Positions 14,861-27,977 of a stretch of DNA of 64,000 bases are shown here, one piece after another (position 1 is the stretch's first letter; each line of letters opens with the position of its first letter). A program made the position numbers and the translations under genes. The DNA is from Paramecium tetraurelia (lineage: Eukaryota): NCBI GenBank assembly GCA_000165425.1, contig CT868078.1:1-64000 (forward strand). The letters are read 5' to 3'. The notes under the pieces are model-generated. The model was given only the letters and a program-made list of their open reading frames with translations. It did no database searches and was not told the DNA's origin.

Positions 14861-15640
14861 TCAATAAATAATTAATATAATATGATCTAATATTTGCTTG
14901 ATTTATTTCTATATTATATTATGCATTAATTGATAGAAAATATTATATTAAAACTCATTATTGAACCTTAAGTGATTATATATTATAACATCATACTTAT
15001 GTTTAAAGTTATACCTCTATCATAAGATTGTTGTTATACATCTTATTACTGTTAGATTAGATATTTATTATGCATAGAAATATCTTTAAGGAGGTATTAA
15101 ATCACTTCTTTGAAACATATAACCTACTTGCAGAAAGACTTGTATATAAAATTATTATACATAAATCTAAAAATTTGATATTCATTCATTAAAAATCGAA
15201 TGCTAAAGTCAATCCTATGAATTATATTACATTTTTATACAATAGCCTTTTTTCCCTTAGAATTTATTTTAACATTAAATAATAAGTTAAATTTTTATTA
15301 TGATAAAATTATTTTTGCCTAGGTGAATGGGTTTGAATAAAACCTTATACTCAAATATAAAATTAGTAAATAGCAATTACAAACAATTATCTGATTACCA
15401 CTAAATCATCCCTTATCATTAGGTTTTTCCTTTAAAAGATTTAAATTAACTAGTAAAAATTATTGAAATCTATAAAGCATAATATAATTTTATAATATGC
15501 ATAACATTTCTTACTTATTTTATAGATTCTTTATTGTTTTATTAATTCATAAACTTAAAGGCAATTCGATAAATATGAGGTATTATATATGTATTATTAT
15601 GTATAAAAATAATTAATGCATGAATAATCTAAATTAGATC

Positions 15641-16708
15641 TCATTCTTGCATTGTGAATTTTCTAATTTGAATTGATAATTAATCAAATAAATACGATAC
15701 AAGATATTCTCCGTCTTTACTCATTGAGCCAAAAAGAAAATAATCTTTATATTCAATTACTTGTTCTAATTTGCAAGTCCATCCTCCTTCACTTTCCCTT
15801 ATCTAGACTCCTTCTTTGGAACTTAGGAATGTAAATTTTACTACATTGACTTTATTTCCATTTTTTATTATAAGTGTCTCTGTTATAGGAGAATAGCATG
15901 GTGGGAAGAGGGCAAAGCATTTTTCACCAGGTGGTGCTAAATTTAAATGATCTAATGATTTAGTAAAGTGCTAATGTTCATTTTAAGTGAAAAAGTGAAG
16001 TTAAGTTCCCATATGTGGTAAGACAACCAATAGATCATTTGTAATAAAACACAATCGAATAACTTCTTAAGGAAATTTTATTCTTTATTTAACAGACCAT
16101 TAAAATTATTGATCAGGTCTCATTACTATAATTAATTTATCCTTTGAACATGATACAAATGAGTCACCACCATTATTAATCGCCATTCCATTTATCGCAG
16201 TTTTAAATTCAGTCATTGTTTGCTAACAACTCCATTAAAGATCTTTTGACCAAAATTTTACTGTTGTATCTTGAGAACCTGAAATAATAATATCCTCTCT
16301 AATTGGATGAATAAGTAAGTTGGCCACCTCATCACAATGTCCCTTTAATCTATACTACATACTATATTAAATAGGGCTGTTTGGATTTTGTACCTGTGAC
16401 CATATGATTATTGAATTATCAACCATTGCAGCACCAGAGATGAAGGAGTCATTTTATTATGGGAGATTAAAGAATTAAAGGGCTAAAACTTCATTTGAAT
16501 GTTCTTTAAGTTTTTAAATCAATTTCAGTTACCCTGCCTCTCCATTTACATAAGGGATTTCAAATACTTAAATTTTACGACCTGCTCCTATGATTATCAA
16601 AGTCTTTTTCAAATTAATAGCATTAACTTGTGATAAATAATTCAATTTTGTAGTTGTTTCTGGCAAAATTTCGAATTTATGTGTGCTCTACTTAGGATGT
16701 TGTAACAT
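15641..16708 (-). CDS. WD40 repeat protein (propeller only, 355 aa)
   Basis: MLQHPK...; LKGHCDEVANLLIHPIREDIIISGSQDTTVKFW; family C-terminus FGSMSKDGEYLVSY..IQIRKF; length divisible by 3. Confidence 0.85.
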
Positions 16709-17481
16709 TTAAATTGTAATAATCTATATATATTTACTCAATAAAAATTATCACATATATATTAAATAATTTAAAATCGCTAAATTTATCTATCTCTATC
16801 ATATTAATGATTATGTCTATGATAAAACTGATTTGTTTGGAAATCCAGCAACGATGTCATCTCAAATTTTAGTTATTGTTGGTTCTATATAAATAATATA
16901 TTGGCTTTAAATATCTAAAAGTATTTACACAGTTTTTTTCTATAATTACCATTATCAAGCAGATTATTCAAGAAGTGTTTTTACTTTATTGAATAAATTG
17001 TAAGAAGGATAACATTCTTTCAATTTGATTTTTATGTATAATCAATTGTTAAGATTTTCAAATTAATTTGCCAACATTAAAAAATGGTTAAACTCTTATT
17101 ATTCATTTTTGAGTTAAAATCTAAAGATTAAGTAGTTATTAATATTGTAAATATTTATCTGTAAGCGAACCTACTTAGTATGAATAGCCACTAGTAAATG
17201 TCAACGATAATTAAAACTTTATTGATTTCTTTAGTAAATAACTACCAAATCCCTAACTTACTAAAATACAGAACAGACATCTAAAGGAAATCATCTTCTA
17301 TTTATTATTTTTTAGAGTTGACAACAGGAGCATAACAGCATATTTAAAAACTAGAATAATATAAGATATTAATTATAGATTTTATTAAGAAAAAGAAAAC
17401 CAAAAAATTTTAGTTTAAGAACTCAAATAGTTTAAGAAAGAGTTCAAAAATAATGATATAGAGTCAAATTACATCTATAGT

Positions 17482-18948
17482 TCAATTACTTATCTATTCC
17501 TCTTTGTATTTTCTTAATTATATTTGTTAAGAAGTAGCGTCCCATGTAATTAAATATTCACCATTTTTGTCTAATGCTCCATATATTTATACATCACAAA
17601 ATTTTATTGGTACCTAACTTTAAATTGTGTTATTTGGCATAATTCTGAATAAATTTACAAACTATCCATTCTTGGTTATTAAAATAGATTTTTGTTTAAT
17701 AAATTGCTAAGGGAATAAAGCATCACATTAAGAACTTGGTAACACTGATACTTATTTTATTTAAGTAAACACCTTCGCATCTCGCTTTAATTCATAAATT
17801 TCCATGAACTAGGAAGCAAAAGGTTGAAATGCAAATCTAATTTCGTCTATAAAGCATAGCCTATATCCCCAAGGCTTCACTGATATAATCTTGTAAAATC
17901 TCCATTAATTATGATATTTTTCATACACATATATCTAATCTGAATATTCAACACTAGAAATCAGCATATCTTATCTAGAATTCAAACTTAATGATTATAC
18001 TTCTCCTGTTATTTCATCGAAAGTTTATATGCATTGATAATTTTACTACTTATCCCAAATTTTAATAGATCGATCGCTGTTCCCTGAGAATATCATATTT
18101 TCACTATTATCTATTATTAAACACATCATTATGCCAGTATGTCCTAACAACTTAGAACTTTTAAACCATTCTTGCTAATCATTCATCGACCAGATTATAA
18201 GACTTGCATCTGCACTTCCAGAGACAAATTGATTAGTTTTTGGCATAAATTATAAGCAATAGACTGCCTCTGTATGATTTTTTATTATCTATTTTTCTTT
18301 CATCAATTCATTTATTAACTCAAATATCTGAATTGTACCATTATCTAATCCAGCCACAATAATAGATGAATCGTTATTAAATGCAAACGAGCAACATCCA
18401 ATTGATTTTCTTTTGTTTTCTTTCATTAACTCGTATGAGAATGGATTAGAATTATTTAGAACTTCATCTTCAGAATCTTCGAATTAATCAACCTGATTTA
18501 CAAACTCATCGCTGCAATCATTCAAAATTTTTATAAATTGCTCAGTGCTTCTTATGAACTAATCTGCCAACTTTTATTTTTTTTCTTCATTAAATTTAAC
18601 AAAATTGCTTAAAGTTTTACTAATTTGTTTTGAATTTAAATTTACCAGATTACTCTCCAATATTGAATACTAAGCTAGAATTTTAGATTTAAATTAGTAG
18701 AAACATTATTACATTTTTGAAAATTAGATTTCTATCTCCTCTACTAATTTATTGCATTAATCAGATTTGTCCTTCATGTATTCACAAAGATTCAAAATTT
18801 TATAAGTATGTTAAGAATGATTTCCATGTAGGGATTGAATTCTATAGCATTATTCAAAACAAAATAGTCTTTACTCCTTACAAAATTCATTTGTACAAAA
18901 CATATCAACATTATAACTATGCCCCTTTGCACATTTAAGCTACAACAT
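17482..18948 (-). CDS. B-box-like Zn finger - coiled coil - WD40 protein (488 aa)
   Basis: MLQLKCAKGHSYNVDMFCTNEFCKEQRLFCFEQCYRIQSLHGNH; WD40 repeats (LLGHTGIMMCLIIDNSENMIFSGNSDRSIKIW); C-terminus YGALDKNGEYLITWD..IQLRKY. Confidence 0.85.
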
Positions 18949-19930
18949 TCTAATAATTTAATTTAATTATTATTATCTTTTAATAACATGTGAAAATAGA
19001 ATTATGAAAAAGTATAATACTCATTAATGATAACTAATTGAACATAAAGGCGTCAATTTTATTGCTGTTGACATTCCAATAATTTTCAAATGGAAGTTTT
19101 ATACATCCTATGCAATGTTAATTAAATAAAAGATTTGATTACCAAGTATATTATTTGCAAATATAGCAAACCTTGTCATGCTGCTTAAATAATCAATAAT
19201 TATATGTTAGCACTGATTTTTTTCAATTAAAGAAAGCATATTTATTATTAACTACAAGAATACCTTTTCTTTTAATCTATATAAAAATGTTGAGTTTTCT
19301 ACATTCAATTTGCCATAACAATCCAAAAATGTAATATTTACTAAATAAGAAGATATAATTTGGATCAGAAAAATGGAAACAAGACCTATCCTAAACATTT
19401 CAGGCAGATGAAAATAGTATAATTCTTTAATCCTAAGACTTCCGTGATAATATATTTCTTAATGATAATTCCCTTTTAGAATTAGAAATGATAATTTCCA
19501 CCTTATTTTAATGTTCTGAAATATCTTTGTTTCATAAACAAAATAAAGTTATGTTGCATGTGATAACTGTTATTTAAGGATTTAAAGTAATTTTCGATCT
19601 TCACTTTCTTTATTAAAGTATTGGCAATTATGAAACTTCAAATATGATGGAAATCAAAACACAATTTTAAGTTTATGAGAACAATTACATCATATTGTAT
19701 ATTGACTGAAAAAATACTTGCAATAATTTATTCATCGATAATCGATACAAATATTAAATCATTAATCATAAAATTATTGATTAGAATTAAAATAAATATT
19801 GAATTTGATAAATATTTAAATAATATACTATGAACTAATGTAATAAATTGAATTTTAGAAATAATTTAAAATGCATTATTTGAATTGCTATGGTTTGGTT
19901 CTAAAAATTTATTTTAAAGTATAATAAAAA

Positions 19931-21073
19931 ATGTTTAAAAACCTAACAAAGTTAGCATGCTTTTTAGGAATAGTAAATAGACCCTGGATAGCATGCTCTT
20001 AATTAAAGAATGAGCATTGTCAGGATAGAATACAGTGTTATAGTTACCTAAGTGAACATCAATTACATAACTTATTGAAAAAACATATGAACTTATAGGT
20101 TCTCCATAAAAAATTAGACAGAGCGCATTTTATCTATCATTCGAGATGTCAATTGTGATATTGTGGTATCTGAAATAAAATTTAATTTGAGACCTTTAGA
20201 TAGACTCTGATCGATTGATTAGAATTTTATTGGAGCTTGCCTTGCTAATCTGGCATGAAGATGTCCTTAAAATAATAAAATTTGGGGATTCACGATCCAA
20301 ATGAATTAAAATTATCTGATTAGGAGTATATTCCATTTTACCTTAGAAAATCTATTGTAAGTATACTTAGATCCGGAAATGCATTCTTAAATGAATCTTT
20401 AAGAGTGACTTAAGGAGCATCGATTGGATAAATATTGATTTAAGGAAATGAAAAGACATCTATGCCAATGTATTCTTTTGAGAAACTTCCTGAGAACATT
20501 AATGAATAACAAATTATTTTGGTTGATTCAATTCTTGAAATAGGAGCAAGTGCAAGCATGGCATTAAGAATATTATAAAAGTATGGTGTAAAGGAAGAAA
20601 ATATCATATTTTTAACTTTGGTTAGTTGTGAATAAGGTTTGAATAAAGTCTTTAAAGAATTTCCAAATATTAAAATCATAACAGCTCAATTTAATCCTAA
20701 ATTGATAAACGATGTTAGTTATTGTGCTTCAGGAATAGAAGACTTTGGGGATAGGTATTTCGGAACTGTTAAAAAGCTTACATGTGCTGAAAGATTTGAT
20801 ATGCCATATTTATATATGTAACATATTAATTATTATTATGAAATTAATATATTCCTTACTATTCTTAAAGCTTACAAGTTTTATTCCTCTCTCAGAATAA
20901 AATTAAGACAAGGAGAATTCAAACTATATTATAATTTAACGAAGCAAGCTATTATTTTATATATTTTGCCTAAAATGTTTATTTAATAGTCAAAACATTA
21001 GCCAAAGCAGAAAACTCAAATATATGATAAGTAAGAAATCGAAATAAGCAAAGATCTGCAGTTTTTCGATTGA
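19931..21073 (+). pseudogene. Uracil phosphoribosyltransferase homolog, degenerate (probable pseudogene)
   Basis: VSILRSG, IGQILIQ, EKLP and C-terminal EDFGDRYFGT are UPRT/FUR1 hallmarks. The PRPP loop reads LVDSILEIGASA, there is a frameshift near 20110, and no TGA occurs until 21071, about 100 codons past the normal end. Confidence 0.7.
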
Positions 21074-21276
21074 ATCTCTTATACTTCTAGTAAAAAAGAA
21101 TAATATAGCGTTCATTTTTGAGTGCAAATAATAAGTAATAAATACTAATTTAATAAATTTAGAAAGTTAGCAAAGAGTTAAGATTACTCTATCAATAATA
21201 TAAATAGATTATTGGAGATGTTTAATCTTCTAATTGTTTTTATATTTAATATTGATGTATATATTTATATATTGAT

Positions 21277-22725
21277 TCAATCCACATATTATCTGATTTA
21301 AATAGAACCTGATCTATCATCCCAAGTGATTAAATATTCACCATCATCTGTCATTCTCCCAAATATAACTTTAGTTTAGAAATCTATTGATTATATAGTA
21401 GTGAACTCATCATTTTGATCCTTCTTAATTAGATTAACACAACATCCATTTTTATTTAAAACTACTTACTTAGATTAGACATACTGTTAAGGAAAGAACC
21501 AAAAACAACCTCTATTCTTTTTCCTTTCGCTTCCTACTCCAACTAAGATCTCTTTTGTCTTCACAAACTATTTATCTATGTTATCTAACTGATATATATG
21601 CAATTATTCCCTCTTCTCTGGTTAAAAAGCTAATATTTCGTCATTAATAAAACATAGTCTTCTGCCCCATTATTTTATCCTGAGTGTTTAATATACGATC
21701 CACATTTTTTATTCTTAATCATACTAATGGATCAAAATTTAACTGTCTTTTGAACAAGAAACTAGTTGATTTTCAGATTCATTTAAGCTTATGCAACTTA
21801 CAAAACTAGAATGTCCTCCTATTGTTTAAGCACATTCCCATTAATCTTTATCCTTTGCCCAAAATTTAATCAACATATCATCACTGCTTGATATTAAAAG
21901 ATCTTCGTTTTTATTCATCAATAAGCAATTAATTCCTCCTTAATGTCCTTCTAATCTTTGTTTAATGTCCCATTTTGAATCACCATTTAAATAGCATATA
22001 GATATAGTCTTGTCACAACTGCCTGATAAAAATTCTTTTGATTGTTTCATGAAATATTGACAATAGATGCTCTTCTTGTGGCAATTCAACTATTATATCA
22101 TCTTTAATTATCCCTTGCTAAATTCAAAGACTTAAATTTTGCTTGACTCATAACCTCCTACCATCATAGAACCATCTTAATTGAAAGCGAAAGAATTTAT
22201 TTATTCATCCTGAATTGAATCAATCAAATCATACTTTAAACTCTTCACTTCCTATTTTACTTTTTTACCAGGACGATCAAATTATTGTTGTGAGAATTCA
22301 TTAAGACCAGTATAGATTGTCTCTATCATATTTTCAGCACTCTTTGAAATCGTTGATATTAGAGATTGCTTCTCTTTTCGAAACCTAATCTTTGAACAAA
22401 GTAAGTCGTTCAATTGAATTAAATTCAATCCATTCAACTCCTCTTCACTTATCTAACAACCAAATTTTAATTCTTCCTTTAAAGTAAAAAATAGTTGATA
22501 AATGTGGTCAATCATTTTCTCGAGATCAAAAATTAAATCTTCATCGCTTTTATTTATTTATTACCTTCCAAAATCTTTTATCTTCTAAACATCTTTTATA
22601 TGAGTATTGTGTTTTTCATTCTGCAAACACTTGAAACAAAATACTCTAAAGTCTTTGCATTATTCATTGGTGCAAAGGAATTCCACATCTGTCTCATGAT
22701 CAGGTATATTGCAATTCTAATTCAT
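21277..22725 (-). CDS. B-box-like Zn finger - coiled coil - WD40 protein (482 aa)
   Basis: MNQNCNIPDHETDVEFLCTNEQCKDFRVFCFKCLQNEKHNTH; LEGHQGGINCLLMNKNEDLLISSSDDMLIKFW; FGRMTDDGEYLITWD; length divisible by 3. Confidence 0.87.
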
Positions 22726-23549
22726 TATATTTAATTATTACTTTCAGTTTCTTAATAAATAGATCTCTTCATGAATATAAAAATTTGCATCTTGTATGGT
22801 ATTATTTTACTAATTATAAAATTAATTAATTAATCAAAATCATCATAGAAACCGTATTTCTTATCTAACAATTTTGGTTGTATTTTATTCTTCTTAACTT
22901 GATAAAAAGACTAACAAGGGATTGAATAATGATAATAAGAATTAAAAGAAAATCTTATTATTTTAACAAGTCATTATCTTTCTAAATTCATCATTTTTTA
23001 AGTAGAAATTTTATAGGATCTTTTCAGCTTATTTTTAAAGTCCAATCGCATAATCTTTTTATGCATAAGTGAATTGATAGTTTGGAAATCATTTAATATA
23101 GATTTTTATAACATGATTAAAATATGGGTATTTGAAAATATCTAAAGTATTTGATTGATTATAGAAAAATTTTATCATCGAATTGCGTCTGAAAGTTATT
23201 ATTTGTAGTTCAGTTAATGTGTAATTATATCAAAAAAAGAATTATATATTAAAATGACAATTTGAAATTATGATTTCGTATTATTCTTATACAATTAACT
23301 TAATTATAATAACCTATTTTGATATATAGACTTCTATCATAGGCTAATCAATATTACAAATTTAAATATTACCATATATAACTCTTACCGTAAATTCATA
23401 ATATTAAAAGTGGAACGAGGTGATATTTAGATTAAAGATTGAGCATGCTTCCATTAAGAAAATTTTGAGTTGAGAAGATTAATCAGAAAATTAATTTTTT
23501 ATTCCAAACAACTTAAATATATACATAAGTTTGAATAAAACAATCAAAA

Positions 23550-24993
23550 TCATGGATTTTCATTAATTTAGTAAAAGAGTATATATGCAGATTGCATAAG
23601 CACTTACTTTTTTGAGGCTGCTTTAACAGTTTCATCATTAAATAGGAACCATTAATGATATCTTTTTGCAAATGTGAAGTAATGGCCTGATTATAAATTG
23701 CCGGTGTGAACGATAACTGCTCTTAATCTATAAGTTTAATTTCCAAATTTTAGAGTATCCATGGGATATGTTATAGTTTTATTGTTTTTATGGCATTAAG
23801 GTAAGAATTAAAATCTTTTGAGGTGCAATACAAGTATTTATGGGATAGAAATGATTTAAAGGCTTTTAATACAGGAGGATTAACATTTGGTACATTTGTA
23901 GTCTCTTAGAGTTTCTTCTTTGAGAAATTCTTCAAGGCATTGTTCAAGGGTTTTAGATTAAGAGATAGCTAAAGACAAAGTTAAAAATGGCTCAATTTGT
24001 TTGACCTTATAGTTACAAAGTTGACATAAAATACCAGTCTAAAGTTTTCCTATTAAATATAAAATTTGCTACCTTTAAAGATTTAATCTATAAAATTAAT
24101 ATAATTTGATTTTGTATCCTTATTGAAATTCAAAATTTCATCTTCTATGTGTCCTAACAAATAAAGCAAGAATTCATGACAATCATGTTAATTCTTAGGA
24201 TGAAATTAATTAATTATTAGGGTTTTTAGAGCATTAATTTTAACCGGTATGGTGCTTGCTTTAATTTAATCAATAAGATCGAAATAAGCACTAGTATATT
24301 ATACTATGTTCGCTCTTTTTTTTTCTTTAGGTATTCTTTGAATGTATTTGATAATAAAATAATTAAGATCTGCTATGCTTAATAGTGATTGTAACCCTGA
24401 GTGCATATAGCAAAAGTAGGAATCATTTTTCATTCCAATAAGAGGCAATTCGTAATTAGATTAAGTAGTAGAAACAGACTATCGATTTATCTAAGGCTCA
24501 ACAGTCTTAGACCTTTTATCATTAGATCTTGAATGTTTTTATTTACAAATTATATCTGGTTGAGCTTTATATTCTTGCTTAAAAAATATCCACACGGCCT
24601 CATTAACTATTATATATTATGTACAGTTATTATTGTCTAAAATACCTGGTCTTTCTCCATTTTGATATAAATATTATTTATATTACGAGATCCAATTTTC
24701 TCGAACCGCATAAAATTGATTGGATCGCTTATCTTTCATGAGTTCTTTGATTATTGTAGCTTCTAATTCTCTTTTCTCATTTGAATCCTACATGCTTCTA
24801 TATTACGTAAGCATTTAAGTTGATTATGATGTGGATTACGAAGAGATTTAACTAGATCCTATGGACGGTTTCTTTCTCATAGGAAATAATGGTACATATA
24901 ATTATCTAATATATCCCTTTTTACTTCATACTTATCTTCAGACTCATCTTCGATATTTTCATTTTGCTTCATTTATGAATCGAATATGATCAT
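23550..24993 (-). CDS. Ubiquitin-specific protease (C19 family) with a DUSP-like N-terminal domain
   Basis: Cys box GMKNDSYFCYMHSGLQ, QHDCHEFL, LVLHLKRF, His box VHTGNLQSGHY..WFLFND..AYILFY; DUSP-like WISQY..RPGILDN..VNEAVW; two short introns (~26 and 23 nt). Confidence 0.9.
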
Positions 24994-25044
24994 AAAAATA
25001 TTAATAAAACAATAATATAATAATAAATATGTAACAATGACATG

Positions 25045-27863
25045 TCATTCTTAATTCGATGATTTGAGTGCTTAATATTCATCAAACAAAGATTAGATTT
25101 AGAATCCTTAATTTGTTTCAAATTTCAGCTTTCTTCCCTTAAATCCAATTTCAATAGACCCTGGAAAAACATTAAAAGATTGGGGTTGTTCAATTTTTTC
25201 CCATATTCTGTCTTTAGAACTACTATAGAGTCTAATTCCATGATAACTAACACCAAGAACCAAGTTCTATTCCCCAAATTATGATAATGCCTCTTTGCAC
25301 ACTACTTGGAATAATTATTAAATGCAAAAATCATTCCTCAAGCATTCCGAAATAAATTGAATCATTGCTTTTGTTAAATCAATATTTATATTTTCGATTT
25401 ATGAAAATTATGTTTGAACTGATTGAGTGAATGATGAAAAGATACCTTTAGATTTAACCTTAGCTATTTCTTCTGGCTCACTTATTTCGACCATTGTTGA
25501 TTATGTATTGTCAATACTAGCCTTAAACTCTTTAAATTCTTGGGTCACAACACAATTCCAATATTCTCTTTGCTTAAGTTATAAAATTGCAGATGGAACA
25601 ATTTATTGAATGATATCATATGAGAGATTGCAGTTTTATAAATATAAGTGAATGGCAGCTAATTTAATATATTAATTTTAAGTTGGGAATGGGAATGTCG
25701 AAATCTAGATATCTTTTACTAATTAGTAATACAAAAGCTTCATTCTAGTAGCATCAGAATATAGCAAGGTTTTCTCATATTCCAAATCCAAATATAAGAA
25801 CTTCTTGAACCAAAGTTCTTTTTTTTTTTTAGCAAAAATAAAGCTATCTCCAAATAAATCACATATGTTTTCGTCATTTTACAAGATTTTCACACGAGAT
25901 TTATTGTCATATATGTATAATTTAAAGTCATAGATTTATTGCAATTCCATTATCTTTTAAATCTAATCTAAAACGTGTAGAACTTTTGTATTATTCTGTA
26001 TATTGAACTCCCATGGCTTCTCCTTTGGTATCGCATGATTTACTAGTATTTAAATTACATCCTTCTCTTTTTTTTTCTTCTTTTCTTCTACTAACGTTAT
26101 GTTTCTGCTTATCATAGAGGATGCACTCAATAATCTTCTGTTACATTAATTGTTCTATATAGAATGTTAATCATTCCCATAGTCAACTGTTTTAATTAAT
26201 GTTCTAGTGGGAGAAACATAACTAAATCTATCTGGCCCTTTTTGAGTGCCATTTCTTTGATTTCTAAATTTATCAGCTTAAGAAGGTAACTCATAAAAAT
26301 TCTCTGGTAAACCTAAGTCTTTCAAAATTTAAGGATCTTATCTTGCTAATTCTGACATTAGAAGTGATGAAACAAAAAGTGGTATGGCAATCATCCTTGA
26401 TTCAATTTCCTTCTAATCATTCAATAGACTTAAAGTTGTACTTTATTTTAAAAAATGTAGTTGGATTGTTGGATATTTCTTTTTAATATAATCCTAGATC
26501 TTAATGCATTAACTAAATCTTAAGAATAGTTTTTAAAAAACTTCATCTATCCCAACTTCAATTATATATACCTTATAACTACTTAAATTCTCTTGCCTTT
26601 CATCAAGGCCTAAAGCTGTTACTTTGATCTTATTCAATTAGACTTTTATCTCAGACCCTTGGCGAGATGCTAATCTTTAAAATGTATATTTAGATTTCTC
26701 TTTGCATTCTTGAATTATCTTTAGTAATTTAGCCATTTTTTCAATTTTATCATTTGGTGTTTGTTCTATAAACGTAATTGATTAACCGTTCATTCCTTAA
26801 AGGATGTATATATTTTAAAGATGTTATTAATTTTCTACATCTAAACATCCACTTTGTTCATCCAAAAACACACTCTAAACATATTGATATTAATGCAATT
26901 ATCTCTCTGCAATAATAATTAAATCACTTAGAATAAAAGCTGTGACATTGATAACTCTATTATTTTAATCTAAAATGGTTGTTAAAAGTTCGGTAATATA
27001 TTTTCTTTTCGAATTTACTAATTTTTAATTCAGTTTACTTCCAAACCATTTTTCCAAATCAAACAATTTACTCGACAGAAATTATTCCATATTTTTGTTA
27101 TTGTCATCATTAATTTTTTTAAATAAATCCAAACAGTCACATAAATTTTAATAATCTGGATGCGCTTTTTCAGTATGTTTTATAAGGTCTTCTAAAAGTA
27201 AGTTGTATTTTGGAATTCTTTAGACTGGTTTAATTAAATAACTCTCAATATCTTAATGATGATATTCCTTTTGTTCTGTCATATTTTTCAGGAATTTTCT
27301 TAAATCTTCTTTTTAACTTATACATTATTTAAGCGTTGCCATAGATTTATTAAAACCTTCATAGAATGTGAAATAAACTTTAAAAAATGGAGCTAAACCT
27401 TTAATTATAGGACCTAATAATTTAAATCTTTTGTAAGGAAGAAATCCTTCTAAATCTTAAAGAAAAGGATTATTTAAATCATACAATTATTGGAGATTAT
27501 TGAATATTATTTCAATTTATTATTTATTTAACCATTGCTTAACTTGACTTTATATGACAATCAGAATTCTTAAATCATGTACATAATTTCTTTCTGTATT
27601 TATCAACTCTTCAATTATAAATTTTCTATATCTATGTTATTTCTCTTTTCTATAATAAAGTATAAGTCAAAAAAATACTATTTATAAATTCTGTACAAAA
27701 ATCTGAATATCTTTTTAGCAGCAAGATCCTTCCTCTTCTATATATTAGCTTATGTCATCTATTATTTAGGTTTGTAAGAGTGATCAATTTATGAATTGTA
27801 TGTTTCTTTCTTTTTTGTTTTTGTAACAGAGGTATCAAGAGCACCATTTCCACCCACTCTCAT
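25045..27863 (-). CDS. RhoGEF with DH-PH-PX-FERM architecture
   Basis: DH: IIEELINTERNYVHDL and SYLIKPVQRIPKYNLLLEDLIKHT..HPDY. PH-like segment follows. PX-like YIIEV..LRFSQ..KKYP..IESR. FERM-like MKLLYYQLVKDI..YIKLAAIHL. One 29-nt intron near 27650-27678. Start uncertain (likely A-run indel near 27810, or ATG near 27847). Confidence 0.85.
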
Positions 27864-27977
27864 TATTTATTTATAGGCTAGTTACACATATCCTTATTTA
27901 TTTTTCATCCAAATAAAAATAATATTAAAACATTTTGCTTACAAAATATTTAATTGTAATAATTTTGTTTAAGTCAT

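Noticed and set aside
16800..17460. Hydrophobic coding-like fragment between WD40 genes
   Set aside because: No continuous frame or recognisable family.
24395..24445. Non-canonical USP Cys box (NDSYFC instead of NxGNTC) suggesting a pseudo-enzyme
   Set aside because: The catalytic Cys, the upstream Asn, the His and the FND acidic residue are all present.
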